Positions 1-7,317 of a DNA stretch of 64,000 nt are shown here, one piece after another (the first letter of the stretch is position 1; each line of letters opens with the position of its first letter). The notes under the pieces are model-generated. The model saw nothing but the letters and a program-made list of their open reading frames with translations. It was not told where the DNA came from and did no database searches. Origin of the DNA: a virus (lineage: Duplodnaviria > Caudoviricetes); the IMG/VR virus record IMGVR_UViG_3300033233_001970. One strand, given 5' to 3'. The translations under genes and the position numbers were made by a program.

Positions 1-24
1 TTCAAGAATGAGGCATCGAAAAAC

Positions 25-333
25 ATGAGCGTTGACATTGAGAACATTCCCAGACCGGACGGCGTAACGCTGACGCGCGAAGAATACGAACGGTTCCTCA
101 AGAATCACGCGCAGTCACGACCTATCGGAGTCTACGGCGAAGCAAAAGAGGTGATGGGGCATCTTCTCGCGGCCGAAGCCGAGTATTTGAGAAATCGCGG
201 CTGGATTCCGGTCGTCATGCGTGAGCAACCTGGCAAGGTCTGGTGGCAGGAGCCTGGCAAGAGCAAATTCGGGCATCGTCAGGCGATTTTGTTGCAGAAG
301 GCGCGCGACAATTTCGATGAGGGACTCACATGA
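25..333 (+). CDS. hypothetical protein
   Basis: ORF with ATGA overlap to the next gene. Confidence 0.65.
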   Translation: MSVDIENIPRPDGVTLTREEYERFLKNHAQSRPIGVYGEAKEVMGHLLAAEAEYLRNRGWIPVVMREQPGKVWWQEPGKSKFGHRQAILLQKARDNFDEGLT

Positions 334-596
334 GCCGAAGGGTTGATACCACGCTGGACGATGTCCTGAGCATGGTCGCGTGCGCTGAAGACTACGGTCA
401 CGGCGGTCAGATCGCGATGCACTTCTTCTGGACGCTCGTCGGCGAGAAAGTAAGTGACAAAGAGATCGCGGCATTTCTCAAAGATCAATATCTCTCGGAC
501 AAGGCGCGCGAAAGAGGCTATGGCAAGGAAGACGCGGATAACGCTCGACGAGCGATTCAGGAATGGCGCGTCAAGTACGAAGGCGAAGAACGATGA
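330..596 (+). CDS. hypothetical protein
   Basis: GAGGGA RBS; ATGA overlaps at both ends. Confidence 0.65.
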   Translation: MSRRVDTTLDDVLSMVACAEDYGHGGQIAMHFFWTLVGEKVSDKEIAAFLKDQYLSDKARERGYGKEDADNARRAIQEWRVKYEGEER

Positions 597-886
597 GAAA
601 ATCGACTGTCGGGCCGGAGCGCGCGTGGCTCACCTTCGACGAGCAAGGATCGTTCGTCATGACAAACGCTACGGCGAAGGTGCCGCTGGTAGCTCGCGCG
701 TTCAGCCTAAGAAAGAAGGTGGGTGATGTTGGTATGGGAAATTGCATTCTCGCCGATGATTTTTTTGTTTGGCATATGGTGCGGCCATCGCTGGACGATC
801 CGCCGGATCGATCATCGTTGGTACTGCGGGCGCGAGCACCGTGCTTGCGAAGAGTGCGAACCACGGCGCGCTTCTGGAAAGGCGGA

Positions 887-1171
887 ATGATGGTCGACTA
901 CAAGGGACGGAAGTCGCGCAAAAAAACGCACAAACGCTACGATGATCGCGAGAATTGTCCTGACCTGCGCGCGTTGGCGCTTTGCTGCCATCTTCGCGGC
1001 GACGTCGAAGACGCCTACCTCACGAGCAAGCCCGAAGAGGTCACATGCGGACGATGCCTTCGAATCATGGATCCACCGCTGTCTCGTGCGAAGGGGCCAC
1101 CGAGCCGACCGTTTTCGAGGCGCATCTCCGATCGCATCGGCGATGATTACACCGGCAGCAAGCGCGCGTGA
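887..1171 (+). CDS. small Cys-containing (putative Zn-binding) protein
   Basis: Starts MMVDYKG within track ORF 563..1171; EVTCGRC motif plus upstream H/C residues. Confidence 0.5.
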   Translation: MMVDYKGRKSRKKTHKRYDDRENCPDLRALALCCHLRGDVEDAYLTSKPEEVTCGRCLRIMDPPLSRAKGPPSRPFSRRISDRIGDDYTGSKRA

Positions 1172-1385
1172 GGTGACGGACGATGAGCAAACCAAAGATA
1201 TCGAAGTGCGCAATGTGCGCAACGTGCGGAGGATACGGGAAAGTCGGAACGCTCTGCGGGCGCCCAGTAGATCAAACGTGCACCGGCGGCATCTCGTGCC
1301 AGCTCACGGCACCATGCCCCGCGTGTAGCGTCTCAGTCGACACCGACACGAAGCGGCCATCCCGAGCGGCGACCGGAGAGAAAAC

Positions 1386-1793
1386 ATGAGCGATCCGACC
1401 GTCTCGGAAGTGGTGCGAAGGTGGCGCGCCCAAGATCGCTACATCGAATTGTCGCCATCCGATCTCGACGGACTGATCGAGATGGTCGAAGCCGAGGCGG
1501 AGGTACGCCGGTCGCTTCAGGCGCAAGTGCGAGCGCAGAACGTGGAGCTCGAACGCATCCGCACGGAGCGGCAGGAAATCATCAGCCAACGACAACAGGC
1601 GAGGGGCGAGCGCGACGAAGTGCGCGCCATGCTGCTCATTCTTGCGGACGCTTCCGAGAACTACGCCTTGTCCGAACCAGATATGCCGAGTCACGACGCG
1701 ACGGAAGATGCTTTCGACGTCGCACTTTTCAGCGCGCGGCACATCTACAAAGAGACCGAGCACCGGTCTGCCGGTCTGGAAACGGGGGAGTGA
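1386..1793 (+). CDS. hypothetical coiled-coil protein
   Basis: GGAGAG RBS; E/Q/R-rich helical middle. Confidence 0.65.
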   Translation: MSDPTVSEVVRRWRAQDRYIELSPSDLDGLIEMVEAEAEVRRSLQAQVRAQNVELERIRTERQEIISQRQQARGERDEVRAMLLILADASENYALSEPDMPSHDATEDAFDVALFSARHIYKETEHRSAGLETGE

Positions 1794-2053
1794 TGTTCCA
1801 CAACCAAACGCGCGAACCGATTTACGATTCATACCGCTACGTGATCCCGGTCGGCGGGTCACGAGCTCGCGTTGGTGAATGCACCTGCGAGGTGCCGTGC
1901 AAGGCGTACCGTTGCAAAGGCTGCAACACGTCGCGGCCGTGGTGCTGCGGCGGAGCGCCCGATGTGCGGTGTAACTACTGCGTGACGGGAGTTGCGCCGC
2001 CGAGACCACGGCAACGGTTTACTAGACTGGCGGACCCGGAAGAATCGCGATGA
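1793..2053 (+). CDS. Cys-rich hypothetical protein
   Basis: GGGGGAG RBS; TGATG coupling; several CxxC pairs. Confidence 0.55.
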   Translation: MFHNQTREPIYDSYRYVIPVGGSRARVGECTCEVPCKAYRCKGCNTSRPWCCGGAPDVRCNYCVTGVAPPRPRQRFTRLADPEESR

Positions 2054-2267
2054 GCCGCACGCGAAAAGAAGGCAAGCGCAATATGCACGGTCCGGGAAGA
2101 GGACACGGCGGGCGCGAAGAGGCCGGAGTCGGGGTCATGGCGATCAAAGATTGGGGTGCGTCTGAAAAAACCGCGCGAAAGAACCGTCGGAAGCTTGTAC
2201 GTATCGGCAACAAGCGGCGTCGCGTCCTCGGCAAGAAAGCCGTTCGTCAGCAGGATTGGAGGAGCAA

Positions 2268-2582
2268 ATGAGACATGGCAACGGTCTCCCGTTCGCAGCC
2301 AGCGTTGACCGACCTGCGATGATCCGAATTGGTGAAGCCGTCCGCGAGCTACGTGAAGAGCGTGGGATCACTCTTCGCGCGCTCGCGAAGACGCTCAACT
2401 TGTCGCCGCCATTTCTATCCGACTTGGAGCACGGCCGGCGTCGCATGCCGCGTGTGGAGGACTTCGCAAACGCGCTCGGTGTGAAACCGAGGCATTTCTA
2501 CGATCTCGCGGGCTGGTGCCCGCATTGCGACGGAACAGGGTACGCGGTCGGTGGCGCGGACCGGCGATCGAAGGTGAAGTGA
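2268..2582 (+). CDS. XRE/Cro-CI family HTH regulator with C-terminal CxxC
   Basis: IGEAVRELREERGITLRALAKTLNLSPPFLSDLEHGRR is a typical XRE HTH; CPHCDGTG; GGAGGAG RBS. Confidence 0.85.
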   Translation: MRHGNGLPFAASVDRPAMIRIGEAVRELREERGITLRALAKTLNLSPPFLSDLEHGRRRMPRVEDFANALGVKPRHFYDLAGWCPHCDGTGYAVGGADRRSKVK

Positions 2583-3115
2583 TGAGCACGAGCATGATGC
2601 AGTATCTCATCGTTGTTTTCGCCACTTTCGGATTGGTTGTCTATGGCATTGGCCGGTTGCGCATCGTGATGAAGAAAAAGCTGTCGGAAAATAGTCTGCT
2701 GCGAACGAACACGACCGTACCTGCGAGCGGCCCATTTCGGACAGCGCCACCGTTAGATGATGGCGCGAAGGATGTCGTCGGTCCCGTCATGACGTTGCAA
2801 CCGAAGAAACTCGTCCTCGCTTTCAAGGAAATACGTGAGGTCGTATGTCCGGCGTGCGACGAAAAATGGAAATGGTGGTATTTGCCTCAGCTCTGTACGT
2901 GCAACGAATGCGACAGGCTTCACTTTCATCAGAAGCATGCCTATGTAGACGCAAAGGATGGCAAAGGCGTTACGTACGGCAAAGTCCCATACGGTGACGA
3001 AGATTATCAAGGTTGCGGTTTCGAGTGGCTTGTTTATGCCAAGCACGTTTCGACCGGCACCGACCCGCAACAGCGTCTCGATCGGCGACCAAGAAAGAAG
3101 GCGCGTGATGCCTGA
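2582..3115 (+). CDS. membrane-anchored protein with Cys/His-rich C-terminal domain
   Basis: N-terminal hydrophobic helix YLIVVFATFGLVVYGIG; CPAC, CNEC, HxH. Confidence 0.6.
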   Translation: MSTSMMQYLIVVFATFGLVVYGIGRLRIVMKKKLSENSLLRTNTTVPASGPFRTAPPLDDGAKDVVGPVMTLQPKKLVLAFKEIREVVCPACDEKWKWWYLPQLCTCNECDRLHFHQKHAYVDAKDGKGVTYGKVPYGDEDYQGCGFEWLVYAKHVSTGTDPQQRLDRRPRKKARDA

Positions 3116-3389
3116 GTGTCCCGAACACAAAGGTACAATCTTCGGGTGCATGGCGTGCGCGTACAACGAGGCAAGAGCGGAAGTAAACCAGCTTCACGCT
3201 TTGCTCGGGCCGGGAATCGTTGCGCGTATCGAAGCTTTCTCGCGCACACGCATCGAAACTTCTTTGTCAAGCGCACGCCGAAGAATGGTTGCGTCAACTC
3301 GGCGGTCGCATCTCGCGTCCGCGCATCTTCCCGCCAGGCTCATCGTATCCGTGCACTGCAAATTGGCCGTTCGCAGGGGCGGTGCCGGG

Positions 3390-3686
3390 ATGAGGTTTGT
3401 TTACCGCGCGGATGCAATTGTCGACATCATTCAGAAGGTCACGGGCTTTGTGCGCGATCTCGGTGTGCCGGTACGAAGCGGCTCCTTTCGCATTCACGAG
3501 GATGGATCGATTGGTCTTTTGCTTTCCGGAGAACGAAAAAAGAAGCGGTACACGATCGAGGCGTTCGACGTCGCGAACATTCGAGGCGTCCAGGGTCGCG
3601 CCGAGCTTGTGGCGCTTATTGGATCGGTTTTTCAGGGCGAGATCATCGATCCTGATGCCCGATCGGTGACCGGAGAGAAGCGATGA
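3390..3686 (+). CDS. hypothetical protein
   Basis: MRFVYRAD start inside track ORF 2958..3686; ATGA overlap to the next gene. Confidence 0.5.
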   Translation: MRFVYRADAIVDIIQKVTGFVRDLGVPVRSGSFRIHEDGSIGLLLSGERKKKRYTIEAFDVANIRGVQGRAELVALIGSVFQGEIIDPDARSVTGEKR

Positions 3687-4283
3687 CGCCCAAGGAGCGA
3701 GCGAAGGTTGAGGATCTAGATCTGAAACTTGCGATGGGCGTCGAGCAGACAACCCTCGCCGTCAGTCGCATCCTCCAGTCCGCCGTAAGGAATGAGTGGG
3801 AGAAGGTTCTCGCCGATCTCGCCTTCGCAAAAGAAGTCGCGTCGCTCTCGAAACGCAACTTCAAATCACGAATGCGTATCGCTGTTGGGCTACGGAAGAC
3901 GTCGACCAGCGAGGAGTGGAAGCGATGAGTGTTATTTGCGAGCACGGTAACTCGGCGGCCGTGTGCCGATCCTGCAACGAGCGGCGCATCGCCGCGCTCG
4001 AGGCGGAGAACGCGCGGCTCCTAGAAGCCATCGAAGGGCAAAAGGCGCTGGCGCTGTACGGCTACCAGGTACGCGACGAAGAGAACATGCGGCTTCGCGA
4101 AGCGCTGCGGGCGATTCTCGATCTCAAAGGTGCGCCGATCGAGTGTGACTGGAAAGCCGGTGTGATCGCCAGCGCGGCGCTCGCCGAACAAAAGACCAAG
4201 AAAGAAGGCGTGTGATGCGCGCAACCGATCACGAGACGGACGAAACACCTCAGCGCGCGAGCCTCGAGAAAAACGGGAAAACA

Positions 4284-4505
4284 ATGAACGCTTGTGACCA
4301 CGGCGTCATGTTCAACGAAACCGAAGCCAGAAAACTCATTGAGGGCTGGGCCGCCGCAGACGAGGTCGAGTTCATCATGGGATGCCCTGCGAGCGCCGAA
4401 GTGCGCAAACGATGGCCTCGGCTCAACGGCTCATGCCCGAAGGGCTGCGGATACGTCGGTATCGCGTACGCATCGCACGAACACTACACCTATGGAGATT
4501 GGTGA
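4284..4505 (+). CDS. small Cys/His hypothetical phage protein
   Basis: CDHG...WPRLNGSCPKGCGYVGIAYASHEHYTYGDW; coupled to the next gene. Confidence 0.6.
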   Translation: MNACDHGVMFNETEARKLIEGWAAADEVEFIMGCPASAEVRKRWPRLNGSCPKGCGYVGIAYASHEHYTYGDW

Positions 4506-5041
4506 TGGTCGATCCGCGTCGCGAAAAGAAACCCGTCAACACGCTGCCGCCATCGCCGCCGCTCCATGTGACGCTCGAGGAAGCGCGCGCGTGGCTGCGG
4601 AAGATTATGTGGCAGAAGAAAGTACCGTGCCCGTGCTGCAAACAAGATGTCAAAGTCTACAAAAGACAAATTAATCGCACGATGGCGAAAGCTCTTATTC
4701 GTCTGCACTTCTTCGATGAAGAGTGGGTGCACGTCCCGAGCGTTATCGGATTTTCAAGAATGGGCGGCGATTTCGCCAAAATGGGCTGGTTTGGGCTCGT
4801 CGAGGAAAAAGATGAGATCAAAGACGACGGCAATCCGCACGCGGGCTTTTGGCGTATTACGGAACTAGGCCGTCAATATGTGCGTGAGCAAGCGAAAGTT
4901 CCTTCTTTCATTCTGATTTACAACAACAGAGTTTTGAAATCATCGGAAGATCAGATTGGAATTCGCGACGCGCTCGGAAAGAAGTTCAACTACGACGAAT
5001 TGATGCGCGAAGCGATTGAGAGTTCGGGGAAGACGAAATAA
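4505..5041 (+). CDS. putative winged-helix DNA-binding protein with CPCC
   Basis: TGATG-coupled start; CPCC; WRITELGRQYV resembles a wHTH wing motif; stop lies 2 nt before pentamer tract 1. Confidence 0.55.
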   Translation: MVDPRREKKPVNTLPPSPPLHVTLEEARAWLRKIMWQKKVPCPCCKQDVKVYKRQINRTMAKALIRLHFFDEEWVHVPSVIGFSRMGGDFAKMGWFGLVEEKDEIKDDGNPHAGFWRITELGRQYVREQAKVPSFILIYNNRVLKSSEDQIGIRDALGKKFNYDELMREAIESSGKTK

Positions 5042-5042
5042 C

Positions 5043-5113
5043 GGCTGGGCTTGGTTTGGCTAGGCATGGCAAGTCATGGCTGGGCGCGGCGAGGCAAGGA
5101 CTCTTTAAGGGGT
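5043..5113 (+). ncRNA. GGY-NN pentamer tract 1 (11 units) plus 3' hairpin; putative guide RNA
   Basis: GGCTG GGCTT GGTTT GGCTA GGCAT GGCAA GTCAT GGCTG GGCGC GGCGA GGCAA, then GGACTCTTTAAGGGGT; intergenic. The repeat is seen directly; RNA status is inferred. Confidence 0.75.
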
Positions 5114-5124
5114 AAGGAACCATC

Positions 5125-5724
5125 ATGAAAATCACAAAATTGAAAGCAGTCATCAAAGGAATTCGTCCGCTTCTCATGCACAACGGTCGTTTGCGCGATC
5201 CGCTCGATCCGCATTCGAAAGCGCTGTCCTCGGCGGTGAAGAAGGCAAAAACGTCAAAGGCAGATGACGACATTCTAGAATCCCAGCGCACGGAGTTCAT
5301 CGGCGGTTTCTACTTCGATGAGAAGTGTGGGCCGTGCATCCCTGCCGACAACCTTCAAGCAATGCTTACCGAGGGCGCACGGAAGCGAAAGCTCGGTAAG
5401 CAAGTCGAAGCGCTGGTGCAAGTAACGGAGCCGTCTGACGGCGCTATCGGTTACAAGCTCGAATACAAGGGGTCGCGCGATCCCGAGAAGATGTTCGAGG
5501 ACGAGCGTCATCGTTTCACGAAGTCATGCAAGATCGGTCAGTCGGCGGTGATGCGAACACGCCCGCGCTTCCCCGATTGGCAACTCGCGTTCGACATCGA
5601 GATCACGGAGGGCGGCCCAACGAAGGAGCAGATCCAAGAGGCTCTCGAAGATGCGGGCTTGCTCATCGGACTCGGCGATTGGACTCCGCGTTACGGGCGA
5701 TTCGAGTTGGTGTCACTGAGCTAG
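5125..5724 (+). CDS. stand-alone Cas7/RAMP-superfamily-like RNA-binding protein
   Basis: N-terminal strand IKGIRPLLMH; PCIPADNLQAML resembles the Cas7/Csm3 PxIPxxSxKG motif; RTRPRFPDW; C-terminal Gly-rich loop GLLIGLGDWTPRYGRF; AAGGA RBS; no other cas gene nearby. Confidence 0.8.
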   Translation: MKITKLKAVIKGIRPLLMHNGRLRDPLDPHSKALSSAVKKAKTSKADDDILESQRTEFIGGFYFDEKCGPCIPADNLQAMLTEGARKRKLGKQVEALVQVTEPSDGAIGYKLEYKGSRDPEKMFEDERHRFTKSCKIGQSAVMRTRPRFPDWQLAFDIEITEGGPTKEQIQEALEDAGLLIGLGDWTPRYGRFELVSLS

Positions 5725-5727
5725 CAA

Positions 5728-5823
5728 GGCGCGGCAGGGCCGGGCACGGCATGCCGGGGCTAGGCTTGGCACGGCTCGGCTCGGCATGGCCAGGCCAGGC
5801 AGGGCAAGGACTCTTCAAAGAGT
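5728..5823 (+). ncRNA. GGY-NN pentamer tract 2 (16 units) plus 3' hairpin; putative guide RNA
   Basis: 16 pentamers at 5728-5807 (NN = GC AG CG AC AT GG TA TT AC TC TC AT CA CA AG AA; unit 6 is GCC), then GGACTCTTCAAAGAGT. Confidence 0.75.
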
Positions 5824-5840
5824 ATGCAAATGAAAATCTT

Positions 5841-5916
5841 GGCTTGGCGTGGCGCGGCGAGGCAAGACACGGCTGGGCGGGGCAAGGTCAGGCGAGGCAA
5901 GGACTCTTAAAAGAGG
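5841..5916 (+). ncRNA. GGY-NN pentamer tract 3 (12 units) plus 3' hairpin; putative guide RNA
   Basis: 12 pentamers at 5841-5900 (NN = TT GT GC GA AA AC TG GG AA CA GA AA; unit 6 is GAC, unit 10 is GGT), then GGACTCTTAAAAGAGG. Confidence 0.75.
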
Positions 5917-5922
5917 ACAATC

Positions 5923-6336
5923 ATGAACAAGAATGAAATCGACACGATCGTTATGGAAATGGTTGACGAGTTGCTCAAAGTAGAGCGATTCACTCGACAA
6001 GATTTCATGAATCGTTGGCCATACCATCCGGCCGTGTTCGGCGACCTGCTCACGCAAGCTTTCGACATTGTTCGAAACGATCATGGAATTGAGTTTCGTC
6101 CTGGTCCTTACGGTAGCGTGCAACGCGCAAATTACAAAGAGACGATCAATCGCTCGCATCGTCAGCGAAAAGCCGCGCTCAAGAAACTCGAACGAAGCGC
6201 AGCACGAGCGGACGTATCCGCGAAAATGGCTACCACAACGAAAGAGCGAGAAACAGCAGAGAAGATGGCTGATCTTCAAAAACTTCAGCTCACTGCGGCG
6301 AAAGTACGATCGCGTAAACGACTTTCGGCTGTATGA
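5923..6336 (+). CDS. accessory protein embedded in the pentamer-tract array
   Basis: 137 aa; AGAGGA RBS; basic helical C-terminal half; bracketed exactly by tracts 3 and 4. Confidence 0.75.
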   Translation: MNKNEIDTIVMEMVDELLKVERFTRQDFMNRWPYHPAVFGDLLTQAFDIVRNDHGIEFRPGPYGSVQRANYKETINRSHRQRKAALKKLERSAARADVSAKMATTTKERETAEKMADLQKLQLTAAKVRSRKRLSAV

Positions 6337-6344
6337 AATCGCAC

Positions 6345-6414
6345 GGCTTGGCCAGGCTGGGCGCGGCTGGGCGAGGCCAGGCTGGGCAAGGCAAGGCAGG
6401 GACTCTTCAAAGAG
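6345..6414 (+). ncRNA. GGY-NN pentamer tract 4 (11 units) plus 3' hairpin; putative guide RNA
   Basis: 11 perfect GGC-NN units at 6345-6399 (NN = TT CA TG GC TG GA CA TG AA AA AG), then GGACTCTTCAAAGAG. Confidence 0.75.
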
Positions 6415-6637
6415 ATTCGGCAATAAGTGAGAAGTGCTCGGGGCTGATGTGGCCGCCGATATCATATTTTACACCCGCCGAAGGCGTGGCTGCTGGAATT
6501 GCCAAGGAACGAATGGCCATCGAATCCCTCTGCCGATCCCTCCACGAGCCCGATGGACGAGTTTACGCGCTTCGTACCTTGGAGTTGATCGGCAGCAACG
6601 CCGCTGAGCGTACGCGTCGAGAAAAGTCGGAAAGGAA

Positions 6638-7273
6638 ATGAGCGACAAACCCGTCTGGCCGCGCGGTAAGCCGATCCCGAGCTTCGAAAGCTACGCGGAC
6701 GAGGTGAAGTTTTGGCACTCGTACGACTTCGATGATGGAGGCGAAGGTTGGGAAGAGGTACCGAAGGCGTGTCCGTGTCCGCAATGCCGTAAGCCAGTTG
6801 ACATCGGCCCGACACCGCCGGACCAGTGCCGCCATTGCATGATGCTGGCGACCGAGGCCGCGTCGGACGATCTCTTGATCTACTGTTTCGGTCACGAGGG
6901 CCAGTATCACGAGTTTGGTGATTCGGACTGGTCAGGGGAAACGGCCAAGCGATGGGCAAAGGCCAACAAGGTGCTGAGGCGTGCGTGGGAGCCGCCATCG
7001 GCCGGAGCGGCGCACGGGCTCGGTTTCGCTCCAGGCGAGCACGAAGAAGCCGTCGAGGACTACGAATTCGACGTCCGGTTCAACGCAAATTTGACCGATA
7101 GTCTCGCCGTTCTTCTTCGTCGCGTGCTCAAGGATGGCGAAGCCAGAGACCGCGCTGAAATCGTGAAAATCATCGAAGAACATCGTGAGAAATGGCGCAC
7201 GATGTACGAACAAGATACGACCGCTCAGATCGTCATCGGCGAGCTCGGGCGTGTGATCATGCGTATTCGTTGA
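6638..7273 (+). CDS. hypothetical protein with N-terminal antitoxin-like motif and Zn-ribbon
   Basis: AAGGA RBS; IPSFESYADEVKFWHSYD; CPQC...CRHC. Confidence 0.6.
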   Translation: MSDKPVWPRGKPIPSFESYADEVKFWHSYDFDDGGEGWEEVPKACPCPQCRKPVDIGPTPPDQCRHCMMLATEAASDDLLIYCFGHEGQYHEFGDSDWSGETAKRWAKANKVLRRAWEPPSAGAAHGLGFAPGEHEEAVEDYEFDVRFNANLTDSLAVLLRRVLKDGEARDRAEIVKIIEEHREKWRTMYEQDTTAQIVIGELGRVIMRIR

Positions 7274-7283
7274 GCGAAAAATC

Positions 7284-7311
7284 TTGACACAAAATGACAA
7301 AGAGTTAGTGT
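7284..7311 (+). promoter_or_regulatory. sigma70-like promoter, possibly giving a leaderless transcript
   Basis: TTGACA (7284-7289), 16 nt, TAGTGT (7306-7311) in an AT-rich gap; ATG at 7318 has no SD. Confidence 0.5.
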
Positions 7312-7317
7312 GACGTC

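Noticed and set aside
5043-6399. Simple microsatellite or G-quadruplex explanation for the tracts
   Set aside because: Adjacent units rarely share NN, all tracts end in the same hairpin, and they occur only around the Cas7-like gene. Two-tier G4 formation cannot be excluded but does not explain this organisation.
5043-6414. Canonical CRISPR array or mini-array
   Set aside because: There are no 25-45 bp identical repeats separated by unique spacers; the periodicity is 5 nt with the variation inside each unit; no cas1/cas2.
5526-6465. Track ORFs 4986..5300(-), 5526..5936(+), 5815..6465(-), 6068..6430(+) and the N-terminus of 6333..6641(+) as pentapeptide-like repeat proteins
   Set aside because: The ARLG/GQA/AWPG patterns are just translations of the GGYNN DNA period, and these ORFs overlap better-supported genes.
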